This document shows positions 11,955-25,000 of a stretch of 64,000 nt of DNA, piece by piece. Position 1 is the stretch's first letter; each line of letters starts with the position of its first letter. The translations under genes and the position numbers were made by a program. The notes beneath the pieces are model-generated. The model was not told where the DNA came from, did no database searches, and worked only from the letters and a program-made list of their open reading frames with translations. This stretch comes from Mytilus edulis (Eukaryota), in contig NC_092352.1 of the NCBI RefSeq assembly GCF_963676685.1, positions 67,208,001 through 67,272,000 on the forward strand, written 5' to 3'.

Positions 11955-14900
11955 ATGGCCCAGGAACTTGTTTGCCTTTTGTCATTTACATTCGCCTTGG
12001 GATTACAAGTAAGTTTGGGAGAACATGCGAAAAAACGGCTGCTTTTAAACGATCCTGCCATTTTCAATTCTAGACTTGCAAAACTAGAATCTACTATTCA
12101 AAGCATGGACAAAGTAATCGAATCTATGAATAATACATTCAATGCTAAACTAAAGTCTATGGAATCTAGTTATCAGGCAAATCTTCAAACTAAAGTCAGA
12201 GACCATGAACGCCATATTCAGAATCTTACAAGTAGTCTATCGACATTACGGATTGGTATTGCGAATCAACAGAACACAATGACACAAATGTCACAATCGT
12301 TTCAAGGTCAGTATACATGTACACACTTCATAATTTATTTACCTGATAGAATAGTAAGGAGATAAGGACATGTCAGAGTTAGAAATCAAAGGAATGGAAA
12401 CACTTTATAAGAACTTCAAAGATTTACAAATATTAAGGTTCATTGTCTCTGAAGGAACGGTAATACATGGCTTGCATTTCTACCAGGTTTTCCGTAAAAG
12501 AGGATTGCAGCTTACTCGGGTTAGCATATTCTGTGTTACCAAGATCAAAATCTGCTTACCCTTCAGCAGCACATAAGTGTTGCTTAGTCTTCGTTTTCTA
12601 TGTAGTGTTTTGTGGACTTGTGTTCATCCTTCGCTTTTGTCACGGTTTTGTCCGTTGTTTCTCGTTAGTCTTGCGAGATTTGAATGTCCTCTTTGCATCT
12701 TCCGCCTCTTTTTTCAGCACACATTAAGTTGAAGTTTTACGAGAGGTGGCAAAACTTATTACTGCTGACTATTTCCGAAGACATGATATTTACCTCGTTT
12801 TTGATTTTTCCTTTGGTCTCGTTTCATTTAATCAAGACGTTTCTAGGTTCCCCCCCCCCCCCCCCCCCCCCCCCTCTACTATTCTGATTCGATCATTTTA
12901 CTTTTTTTCCGATTTAAACTTAACTATGAGATATCAAAGGTACAGTTAACCCAACTTGTTTTTTGTTTCGTTTTAGAGTTATTTGTCTTTTCATAAGAAT
13001 AATCATAAAAATATCCATTCCGCAGGAAGGTTAACATACTGCATGGCTTACCTCTTTCCGTCCGTCCGTTACATAACCGAAATTTAGTAGAAAGATTCAT
13101 TTGGTATCATTTTCATATTCATTGATCATCGAATTCCTACTTTTGAATATAACATTTATTTCATATATCCAGTAACAATCGAGGCTGTCTGATATTTGGG
13201 ATCAATCATTATGTAAGCATGCTATATAGATGTACAATGCGATGTGCTTTTACATGGACCGCTTATCAACTATCTGCGTACCGATTACTCATTGCAAGGA
13301 ATCATAAGTGAGCAATAGCTCTCAGTGCAACTTGTTCGGTAACCTTTTTGCCATGTATATCTTAATGTGTATCGACTAGTGATATTACAAATAAAAAGTA
13401 TTGTTTCTTTTTTTTTTTAAGAACGAGGTGCAACCTATGTGAGATGGGGCAAAACTGGATGTTCCGGTACTGGCACAAAACTAGTTTACTCTGGTAGGTG
13501 ATTTCAGTCACAATTACAGTTTAACTACAACATTTTTTAAACAGAAATCTGCACTGTTGTAAAAATAATAAACATAAGATGTTAAACTGACTGTAGAATG
13601 TTCAATCTAATTCAGTCTTTAGATTCTATATAACTTGGTTAATATCAATCTCAGACTGTAACCCAATAACAAAAGTATATCTATGTTAGAAACTAACGTT
13701 GAAATACATCTTTTAAGAATGCTAAACCATTCAAACTATTTTCATGCATGTGAAGGAATTAACTAGGGACGATCGAAGATAAACATCAAACTAATTTAAA
13801 AGCGGAATTGGTCAATGTCACTATTTATCGCGACTTTTAGTTGAAGTGGGCATTTTGACACTCAGAAGATGACTTCATATTGAAAGTATTTATCATCAGA
13901 GTATTATTCTGAGAAATAATTTATTGGTAAAGTAAATTGACATTTATATTGAACTTTTACAAATTGTACGTACTTTCAAACTGAAAATATGATTGATATG
14001 TACTTTAAATGATCAATTGACTTTTTCTGTTAATATAATATTTATTATTTAATCACGGCCGACACTCGGCTAACCGAGAGATTGGTCGGTTAATCTATAT
14101 TGAGTATGCGGTTATATCGGCGGTTGGTCTGTTAATCGGGTTGGCTAAAGTCTGTTAATCAGGTGTTATCGAGAAAATCATTGAAAGTTCAGCATGTTTC
14201 ATAGTATAACTTTCTAAATATATTTTCATCATAAAAAGTATTCATGTCTAACAAAACAATTCAATGTACTGAATTCAGTGGTGTAATTATTATTTTTCTA
14301 GCTTCGATGTATGATCTATAAAATGAAAAGGCGGGTTACTCATCAATAAATTTATACACATTTTACACACATAAAATGTAGACAAAATGACACATTGGTT
14401 AAATTTATTTGCATTCAATATTTTGAACATCGAAAAAAGAAAGGCATTATGTCTGTTAACCATATTGATATCATTGTGTGAAAAATCTACACGAAAATCT
14501 GTATTTTGGTGACATAAATCAATCTTTATTTAAAACCTGGTCTGTTAATGGGTCGGATGTATAAAACTCGGTCTGTTAATTGGTCTGTTAAGAGTTATGA
14601 ATGGCAATAAAAGTATAATTTTATTGCTATATGGGGTGTTATCGGATTAAATGAGTAGGCTCAAAAAGAGCGGCTAAAATATACGAAAACACCACATGAG
14701 CAATGAAACATAACATATACGGAAACAACACATGAAATTGAAAATTGATAAAAATGGTTTCATAAAGTGTAATATTAAAGTAATATTAATTCCATCCAAG
14801 AATGATCGCATATCATGTTGATTCTGCTTAATTGTCATGAATGACACAAATTTGTCATCTACATTGGTAACCAGTATATAAACCAGAGATAAACGTCGTA

Positions 14901-17075
14901 ATGTAACTAAACATCAGTAAGTAAAATATATTGGGATGACAAAATATGAAAAGAAAGAGAAAATAATGAGTAAGATAAATAAAATGTAGAAAAAAATGAC
15001 ATAACAATTTAAAGAATACAGAAATAAACAATACCCCCAATCCGGACCCTCATGGTATACACGAGCATCTGAATGGAAACGCAGAATATAGAATAGTATA
15101 GACAGTAGAGAGTATATACATTGCTAAAAACGAGAGAAAAATAATACTTGTTTAAGAATACACACATGAAACACCGATGGCTGTTGAAACAGTAACGGAT
15201 TGCGATATACTTATATTGGTGACAAATTCTAGAAGTTTACATGCGGACAACAATGGTGGCAGGTTAATGCCATTTTGCGTTTTAGCGTTAGCGTTTTCGC
15301 CTTACTTATTCTATATGGTGGAAACTCGAAATTGCGAAGTCGAAAACGCGAAAATGCGAAACCGATTTCTCGTTTCGACTTCGCGTTTTCGACTGTGCGA
15401 TTTCGCCTTTTCGTGATTTCGCGTTTTCGCCCTATAGAATATGAAAGGCGAAATCGCGAAAACGCGAAATGCACTTCACCGGCCACCATAGACAACTGTA
15501 GTTCTCCTCTGTACTTATGTAGAAAGGAACTAAACGGAATAAAATGAATTGAAACTTAAAATAACCAAATGTAGCTGCATTCGCTCCTTTCCGTTTACTT
15601 CTTTAGAGTGATTTGTGAACAACATATGATTTAAGTAATAGAAGAAAAGAACCAATTGGATGATGCTGACAAATTAGGGTTTAACGTCCAGTGACAAATA
15701 TCATGTTCATATGTGAACGAGAACACGTTATATGTACCCTGTGTTGTATTAGAAAGACACTTTCAGTCGGAATTGAGAACGTGCTACTTCGAACAGACAC
15801 AAAAATTATGGCTGATTGAAAACGTCAATAAAAAAATCATGCATATTCCAGAGGCCAATCCATATCACGCTATATTGAAGTGACACACCCTTCAATAAAA
15901 TTCAAAGAAAGTCCAAAAAAAAATACTCTTTCTAGGATACTGTCGCACCGTATTGTCATTTTTGTTTACTCAGGAACGTCTCATTCTTAAATTTTTCAAG
16001 GGGAAAATATAAAGGTAGCAAAATTATTGTCGTGGCTAAATAACTCTTAACTGACACAATTTCAATTGTCCAACCCATTAACAGACTTTATTCCAATAAT
16101 TTTCACTAAAACGTGGTATTATTCACGTTATTTTACAATTATGAAATATTTACTAATGTCAATTTATTTTTTAGAACCACAGTCCTGTTGTTTGTCCTTT
16201 AAATGATATCTAAATTTGTTTGTTTCACCTTTTATTAAAAAAATTGCTATGCGTATAAGCATAAATACTACATACTTGCGCTACGCCTTTTAGTTTTACT
16301 GAAAATTGCGCAGACTAAGAAATGTTTTTACAAGTGCAAAATGTTCTATGACAGATATCATTTTGTCAGACACTTTTCTTTTTTTTGATTTGGTTCTTAT
16401 AACATGCCAAAAATCTGTATATTTAATAGAGTTTAACATTAAATTATAAGCGTTTTACTCTTAACAGACGTATAACCAACCCGATTAACAGACCAATCGC
16501 CCATATAGCCGCATACTCAATATAGATTAACCGACCAATCTCTCGGTTAGCCGAGTGTCGGCCGTGTTAATAGTCAAGAGTTACCATACATTAAATTATT
16601 TGTAGGTTACTCATCTGGTCAAAAATTCTTCTATGGAAATGATTATTATCGAGGAGGCCCATCTAACATGCTATGTCTACCTGATCACCCCGAACTAAGT
16701 AACACTACTGCAGGTACCAATAGCTATATCTACGGATCAGAATATGACGATTCGCAGTTCGGGTCTGGTGCTCAAAATCAGGATGTGCCATGTGCCCTTT
16801 GTCTTAGCAATGCATCAACAACTGTAATGATTCCTGGAAGAAAGTCATGCTTCAGTGGTTGGAGAATAGAATACAGCGGATTTCTTGCATCTGGGGCTTA
16901 CCACCACGCGGCATCGTCTTTTGTCTGTATTGATAAACAGCCAGAGTTTATTCCTGGTGGACGAAGTGACAACAATGATAAAACACTTTTTATAACCGGC
17001 TACAAATGTGGATCACTCCCTTGTCCACCGTATACTGATGATTTGCAGGTGTATTGTGTTGTATGTTCAAAATGA
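11955..17075 (+). CDS. Secreted short-chain collagen C4-like protein (signal peptide, coiled coil, C4/NC1-like domain), 297 aa
   Basis: Exons 11955-12306, 13422-13493 and 16606-17075, all GT-AG and phase 1, total 894 nt. Signal peptide MAQELVCLLSFTFALGLQVSLG, then a heptad region, then family motifs GATYVRWGKTGC...LVYSG, GGPSNMLCLP, IYGSEY, DVPCALC, MIPGRKSC..GW..EYSGFL, CGSLPCPPY and CVVCSK*. Confidence 0.92.
14054..16566. mobile_element. 2.5-kb non-autonomous DNA transposon with ~95-bp TIRs (CACGGCCG...CGGCCGTG) and a 5-bp TSD (TTAAT), in intron 2 of the C4-like gene
   Basis: Near-perfect inverted termini. TTAAT at 14049-14053 and 16567-16571. Subterminal GGTCTGTTAA repeats. No transposase ORF. 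Confidence 0.9.
15252..15490. mobile_element. Palindromic MITE nested in the CACGG element
   Basis: Ends ATGGTGGCAGGTTAATGCCATTTTGCGTTTT and AAAACGCGAAATGCACTTCACCGGCCACCAT are imperfect inverted repeats, with internal GCGAAA/TTTCGC repeats. Confidence 0.7.
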
Positions 17076-17920
17076 ATGAAAAGAAAGAGTTCGGGACTAT
17101 AGGGACTATAGGTTATCTGCTCTTTAAATCATAAAAAAAATACAAACGAAAATGACTTTAAACTTTTTAACTAATTATATACGACAAAAATGTATAAATC
17201 ATGTCTAAGGGACATAACTCTACCTCAAAATAACTACAAGTTAACAAAACCCACTTGTATTTTTATTACTCTTGGCCGACTGTAGAGGGAGAACAGTTTT
17301 AATAAAGCTACAATATTAACAAAGAACACTACCCATTCCTGGATCTTGATATCTTTATCTATATATCTTTCACGGGAAGCCTAATACCAAAATTTATAAT
17401 AAAAGAGACATTTGACTCGAACTGATTTAATCTGAGTTTAACTGTGCGTATTGCTGTGTGTTTCTTTATTCTATATTTGCTAGAGGTATAGGGGGTTGAG
17501 ATCTCATACAACATGTATATCCCACCGCACTTTTGCGCCTATCCCAAGTCAGGAGCCTCTGATCTTTGCAAGTCTTTTTATGTTTTTTTTTAATTTTAGT
17601 TCATTGATATGTTTTGGAGCTAGGTATTACGTCCATTACGTACAACTGTATCCATCTGTTTGGGGAAATAAAAAAAAACCTTAGAATTTCTCAGCTGTCT
17701 CAAAATAACGGAATTAAATGAAACGTCTATAAATGTAAATGATCGATAAATAATTGAAAAGTTGTCTCCTCTTTATAAAATGAGTTTATAATTCATCTAC
17801 TGAGGCTGAACGTTTTGCTTGAATTTGACATGAATCCATGAATACAAAAACTGATACGAATATCAATAACCATTTCAATGTTAACAACATTTTTATATCT
17901 ACTGTATTTTCAACTGGTTT

Positions 17921-18631
17921 TCAAGGATCGGTTGACGATTCATTTGTTACAAAATGTACATGACACATAATTAAGTCATTCTGATTATCTTGTTCGAAAC
18001 AACTCAGAAAGGTGTTTATCCAAAAAGCCTCGTTGTAATGATGTTCTAAATTTACCGCATGGACGATCTCTATATACGTTGAACTATTTTTGGATGAACT
18101 TGGGTTATCGTACTTATTCGCATTCGAATACATTGTATCACTTTGAATCATGTGTGTTTGGTTTTATCTTTTAGAATTACAAAAAAATATATATCAATAT
18201 GTTTTCACTTAGAATTGATATATTGGATCTTTGCATCGCTATACATATCAGTCATTATTGAAAAGGATATGTTAGGTTATTTTTTGCACCAATCATATTC
18301 TGATCTTCATAAATCGTATCGTTTATTGTCATCAACTATGAGTGCACTGCGTGAGAAATGAACTTAAAAGCTCATCGAAGTCAATCTTGCTTACATGGCT
18401 TCAAATGTTTATTATACATCGAGACTAACTGAAATATTTCAAGTATCAAAATCCGGAACAGACATTTTAGACAAGTCTTCGTCATTATACACCTGATTAA
18501 ACATGAGATCCGCCATTTCTTTTTGATGGCAAAACTAAAGCCACTTTAAACTTAACATTACATGTACCTTCTTATCAACAAACATACAACTGAAAAGACT
18601 ACCACCAGAACTAGTCCTCCCGTAACACTAC
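17921..18631 (-). pseudogene. Relic receptor gene: intact TM exon plus a frameshifted Tyr-rich tail exon
   Basis: Exon 18568-18631 (tatag|GT...AG|gtac, phase 1-2 like the paralogues) encodes GSVTGGLVLVVVFSVVCLLIRR. Downstream fragments TIYEDQ, DMYSDA and MYSNANKYDNP are separated by stops or frameshifts. Confidence 0.55.
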
Positions 18632-18774
18632 CTATAAAAGTTGAACAAAAAATAGAATCAGCAGTTTTATTTTCTAGTGCATAATATCCACTTAATATAA
18701 CAAAACAATGTAACCTCTACTTTAAATGATTAACCTTGTTTATTTTTACTGCTGCTTCTGAAAATAAGAAAATG

Positions 18775-19895
18775 GTGTAACGAAAATACTATTACCGATT
18801 CCTAAAATAATGGCAGCTCCTGTATGAAATATTCCAGGTGGAATGTACACGGAATATAGTAGGAATATTGCTCTAAATTCCTACCAGAAAATAGTGATAT
18901 TCCAGTCAGACAATAGTAAGAATTCACACTAAAAATAGCCGTAAAATTTAAATTAGCAGGAATTTCTTAGTAGGAATATTGTATATTCTACCAGGAAAAT
19001 GCAAATTAGCAGGAATAATTTGGTAGGATAATAATAAACCTAGTAGGAATGTTTCAAAATTCCGACCAGAAAAATATTTTCTGAAAAGAATCTAAAAATA
19101 TACAAAATGTAAGTGTGTATTCACAAATAGACAACTGGGTCAATGATTTAAGTTTGATTCTCAACAACAAAGAACAAAGGAAATTCATGGAATAAATTCA
19201 TTTTAAAAAAATGGACTTTCGAAATGTATAAGGAAAATGCAATATATGCAAGCTAGAAATTGTGTAATACATAAACATGAAGATAAGCCCAAAATATGCC
19301 TAGTTGAAATTAAGAGTTATGAACAAATAATGAGTAACATTATGTACTATTGTTGAATTAATTCATAACTAAATATTTTGGCAGCCAGATAAAAAAATCA
19401 TTTTGAATGTAAAAGAATTACTTTCAGTCAGTTCTTACATTTCTATACTGCAGTTGTGTGACCCTAGCTTGCAGCATTGTGTTCCAACACAACTTTTCAT
19501 TCTTTTCCCCTCCAACTTTTGAATTTGCGAACTGGAACTTGCTTGCATTTAACACTGCAATATGTGTGTTCATAGCAAACGGGAATTCAGTTCAAGATAA
19601 TTCCAGGTTGAAACATTTTCTGGTAGGAATCTTGTACAAGTAGATCTAGTAGGAAAATAAATAATCAAATCAGATTTTCAAAACTATCAAAAATCCATTC
19701 AGACTTTTAAAATTCCACCTAGGTAGTAGGATTTTGATAGTAGGAATATAAAAAAATCCAATCAGAATTTTGTTCATTTTCCATGTCCGCCTACTTTCTA
19801 TATGGAATCTTTGATTCTAGGTAGACTACAGTAACTCTTCATTCCTACTAATGTCTAGGTGGAATCCTACTACATGTACATATTTCGTACGGGTG
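18775..19895. repeat. Degenerate MITE-like element rich in AGGAAT/ATTCCT subrepeats
   Basis: Dense dispersed TAGGAAT/ATTCCTA motifs at both ends; termini uncertain. Confidence 0.4.
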
Positions 19896-20739
19896 ACAGT
19901 TCCAATTGTTTTATGAATTTATTTTCCAAAATTGTAGTATTGTTTTTTTTGTTCAAGTGGTATTCAGACCGAAAAACTACGCGGTGCTGTTTTATGCCTT
20001 CTGACCTTGGAAAAGAGCATCTAGCTTTTTCTGTATAATACTTTCGTCAATCCATTCATCATATTTATGACAAATTGGTTAAAGGCCAGTCTAAAATAGT
20101 CTAGTATGAACTGAATTTGTCACTAACATGCAACTGTAATATAAAACGTAATATAAGGTTTTAAATAAGAGTAGATTTGCTATTATAAAATACAATGAGT
20201 ACATTACAAGATTATCACAAAGATTTTTATTGTTTGTACCATATCCATATTGATTCAAATAAAAAGGCGAACAAAAACAGTCTTGATTAGTTTGAAACAC
20301 GTAACCATTGCATCTCCAAGGTTCCATCAGTTTCAGTTCTCAATCAAAATAACATCAAATCGTTCATAAAGAGCTGTTCTGTGAATAGATGTGCCTTGGA
20401 CGACAATAAATGTTTTAGAAACTTGTGCCTGCACTTTTGTCGCATCAATTCCAACATGATGTGTGTTTCATGCATCTCATATATACAACTTCAAACGGGA
20501 CTCATTGTAAGGTGATAGCAATATCAAAATATTATAATTTTAGAAAAAAAATCAACCAAACAACTATAAAACTAATTCTTTGTTTTTAACTATTTTTTCG
20601 TTGATAGTCTTTTATAACATACCTATTACATACATTGTCTTTTTTCCTTAAGAGTTATTTTGGAAGGTTGTACTGTAAATATAAATTAAACATGAATCGT
20701 CCTGACTTTTTCAGTTTGCAAACTAATTTAATATTAAAA

Positions 20740-21225
20740 ACAAAGAAGATATGGTATGATTGCCAATGAAACAATTCTCAACAAGAGACCAAAATGACAC
20801 AGAAATTAACAACTATAGGTCATCGTACGGTCTTCAACAATGAGCAAAACACATACCGCATAGTCAGCTATAAAAGGCCCCGAAATGACAATGTAAAACA
20901 ATTCAAACGAGAAAACTAACGGCCATATTTATATAAAAAAATAGACGAAAAACAAATATGTAACACATAAACAAATGACAACCTTTGAATTACAGGCTCC
21001 TGACTTGCATTGGGGCAGGCATAAACATATATAATGTTTCGGGGTTAAACATGTTACCTACCCTAACTTGGGACAGTGGTATAACAGTACAACATAAGAA
21101 CGACCTATAAAAACCAGTTGAAAAAGGCTTAACTCATCAGATGGACAAAAATACAAGTGGATGTGGCCGAGTACTTGTTCATCCCAATAGCAAAGACACT
21201 AGAAACAGATCTGAGAGTACACGTA
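20740..21225 (+). repeat. Dispersed Helitron/Helentron-like non-autonomous repeat
   Basis: The GAAGATATGGTATGATTGCCAATGA...CAACTATAGGTCATCGTACGG head recurs at ~27680, ~44140 and ~62530. Confidence 0.55.
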
Positions 21226-22043
21226 AGTATTATTTGAAATAATTCTGTTACACAATTGTATGAAATGATACAAAGAATTTGGTCCGACCAATATCCTTTT
21301 CCTACATTAACATGATTAAGCTTGTTGCGGTGCTTATATTTTCAACACTTGATACCACTGACTAATCTTTACATGAATTTTCATATTGAAACATCTTATT
21401 AAAGAAAGGGGAAACGAAAGATACTAAAGGTACATTCAAACTGATAGGTAAAAAATCAACAGTCTTAAAAAAAAGATAAACAACAGTACACAAGTTTCTA
21501 ATTTCAATAGGTGCATATATATTTTATTTGAAGTCAAAAAACGACTTTTATTTTTGTTTTTTATGTATGTCACTAGGTACTTATAGTATCAATCTACAAG
21601 ACGAAAAAAATATTTGAACATTTTAAGTGGTCATTTTAACATTTTGTACTACACTGTATGATGAAGCATTTCTAATGGAAACTGTTGCCTTATTTCTATT
21701 AGTTTGTTTGCATTCTCTTTGGGTTAAATAATTTTTTTCTTCTCATTTTGGTTCACACACCAAGCAACCCACTGTTTTATGTTAAATTCGTCGACAAAAC
21801 ATCTACATCTAACTACCAACATGATAAAGTCAGACAACCATTTCTAAGCATGGCCAGATTAGTGCTGATGTTTATTTAAGTTGAAAATTAAGATTAAATA
21901 AGTATTTTATTAGTAGTATTATATAACTGACATAGAAATCTATCACGCAGCAATTAATAATATCACGCCGTTTTGTTAGTAAAACTACTGAAACGGACAG
22001 TTAGTTTTTTTTGCTAAATTAGGGTTCTATTGATGTAACGGAG

Positions 22044-25000
22044 TCACGTGTTTGTATCACTACGACAGTGGTCATATGTTTGATTGGTGATGTCTTCTTG
22101 ACTGTTGGTAAAAGTTTTATCATACATAAAATCAGCATTTCTATTGTATAAGCCTTGATGTTGATCGGGAAGATCCGCATGTCTTGAAATATCATACGAG
22201 TACTCGTCATCATCAGTAACATGTGAAGCTGTGTCGGAATCCTCTTTTGATATAGGTATCTCATAGTGATTGACACTATCATATTCTATCAAAGCAGTCG
22301 GAGAAGTATTACAGTTATTCACATAGGAATATGGATCCGGAGATAGCTCTGTATCTTTATCTGCTGTTCCGAAAACTGAATGATCAGGAGTACTACCATT
22401 GTGCTTCTGTGGAGTATCTTGTCGATGTGATAAACATGGAATGACAGCATCGGGATTCTCGTATGTTTTATTTGTCACAGTTTTGCAATTCAACTTGTCG
22501 TATGGCGTTCGAGGATGTGAAGCGTCTGCATCCGTATAGAGTGACCGACTGAGGATATTGTCACGGGCTTTTCTGAAATAACCATAATTACTAATTACTT
22601 TACCACTTACAATCACTATGATAAAATTCATATTTGATTTATATTTGTGACAGATTTAATGCTCGAAATGGTTAATAACAAAAGTATTTGTCAGTCACGT
22701 CGACAATCTTCGAAAATCAATATGACAATTTGACCTTCGTATCCCGAGCAGTGTCATTTAAAAATGATAAGCCACGGCAGTAATGTTTTTACTAAAAGTA
22801 AGGGAGGGTTCGGCGCGTCCAAACATGTTTAACATGACACACTCTGTATATGCCTGTTCCAAATCGATCCTCGCGTAGTTCAGTAGTTACCGGTCATTCC
22901 TGTATATCATATTTGTTTCTGGATTTTTTTTGTGTATATAGATCATTCTCTTGTTTAAATTATTAGGCATATGGGACCTTGATTATCTTGCGATGTGGTA
23001 GGCTATTGCCAACGGTTGAGGCATGGTGACCTATTGAAGATAACTTCAATTCATGTGGTATCTGGTCGAGACTTTTCTCATTGGCAAGCGTACCATATCT
23101 TTCAAGAAACATATCTTCGTAGTCTATTTAAATTGAAATTGAAGACATGTAGAAAGATGTCAAGTTGAGTAAGCAGGTGTATGTGACATGATACGTTTTG
23201 TTGAAATCTCAAATCTCAATGAAATATGCCACTCAAGTCATTTTATTTATACACTCCAAATAACTGGAAAATATATAATTACCTTTTGGCAAACCAGAAC
23301 ATTACTACGACAGCCGCAATAATTACGACAACTCCTGTCGTGACTCCAACAGAAACGCCTTTTGGAATGAAAAATGCAGATTTAATATTAATGATTAAAA
23401 TGATTGCCATCTTCTTTAGTATGATCCTTAAATTAAGACATTCATGTTTAGCACGATAGAATTGAGAACGAAAACGGTGAATGTATTAAAGACAATCCAA
23501 CCACATAGAGCAGAAAGCTACCCAAGGCCACCAATGAGTCTTCAATACAGCAAGAAAATCACACATTAGGAGGGGAGTTTTAGCTGGCCACTTGATTATT
23601 TAATCAGTCTAGATCAGCGAAAATAGACGTCATACAAAGACGAAACGAAATGAACCAAATAAATTAAAAGAAAACGCATACAAGACTTTTAAACAAATGT
23701 CAGAGTCTCTTGCGTTGTGACACGCACAAAAATGCAGCGGATTTAAACATGTTTTTGTGAGATCTCAACCCAACCCTACACCCAATGTAGAAGAAACAAT
23801 CACACAACAGTAACGCTTAGTTTACAAAAAGCTCTAGTCCGATGTTTGAAAAGGTAAGATAATAAACTTAGCAAAATGACAATGGTATATAGACAAACAC
23901 AGGACTACTAGCAGCTACGGGTTGACTTTCAGATCAAAATAATACAAACTTAATACACCAACTTAGTTCAAGACCCAAACGTCAAGTCTTTATCTGATTG
24001 TATAGTACTAGTGTAGCTTACCCTTTCTCCGGAAAGAGATCTCACTCTCACAGGACATTTTCCGACACTTCACCGATTATTTTTGCTCCTTATCTAAAGT
24101 GACGTTGATATCAGTTTTAAAGACATTGACACGATCAGGGATTGCAACCCACGGACTACCGCAACATTAGACGTCAGCTAACTTTCTTTTACAAATATGC
24201 AAGAGGTAAATGTTATACGGTAACCCTTCATTTTTCACATCTTATTATTGTATCATTGGCTATCATACAGCGATTTCCATACTCATAAAGAAGAGGAAGA
24301 ACTACAGCAGAAAAATAATCAGTAATTAGATAAGTTAGGTTTGGAATTTTTAACTTAAATAGAAAAAGAGGATTGAATTACAAAGGACTCGTTTGACCGG
24401 ATAATTAAAAAAATTACAGTACCTGCAACATTATATTCACTTTCCATTGAATGGGCATTTCGACTCTCTGTAATTGAATAATTAGTACATGTGACTTAAC
24501 TGAATTTTATACACTTAACATAAATACATATTATATCAAAAATGATATGGTTGATTTTTTATACTTGCTATAAAGGTGTCAAGAACTTCACATAATTCAT
24601 AACGAAATAAGCGGAAAATTTATTGACCTTACATGTGATTCGCTCCCTTATTGGTACATTTTTTTCTTTTCCTGTTTTCTATACTAAAAATAATTCTATG
24701 ATACACACATTTTTGGAGCAATTAAACTGCAGTTTTTTCGGTTGTATTCATTTTAAATTTAAATTTAAGAATTAAAATCCAAACTACATTATTGTTAAAC
24801 TAGCAAGGTAAATTCTAATAATTTAATTTTGGATGTAACGCGTATTCTGATTGGCTGACGTAATTTTGTTATCAGCCCATAGACATAATTTAGTCATGTG
24901 ACCGTGACGTAATCAACGTTTTTCGTGGTTTTCTACGGTTTAAAATGGAATTTAGAATTAAACTATAAGAAATGACTGTAATATTATTTCTGTCTATTCG

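Noticed and set aside
12684-12949. Poly-proline ORFs
   Set aside because: Translation of an intronic poly-C tract; similar tracts lie at ~9060 and ~9300.
15177-15547. Overlapping Arg/Phe-rich ORFs on both strands
   Set aside because: By-product of the palindromic MITE subrepeats.
20091-20500. Cys-containing fragments as lectin exons of the 18.6-kb relic
   Set aside because: Too degraded; no consistent frame or splice sites.
22019-22282. Alternative-frame or antisense ORFs overlapping receptor exons (also 23226-23459, 26884-27069, 36059-36259, 47485-47685)
   Set aside because: Shadows of the real coding exons.
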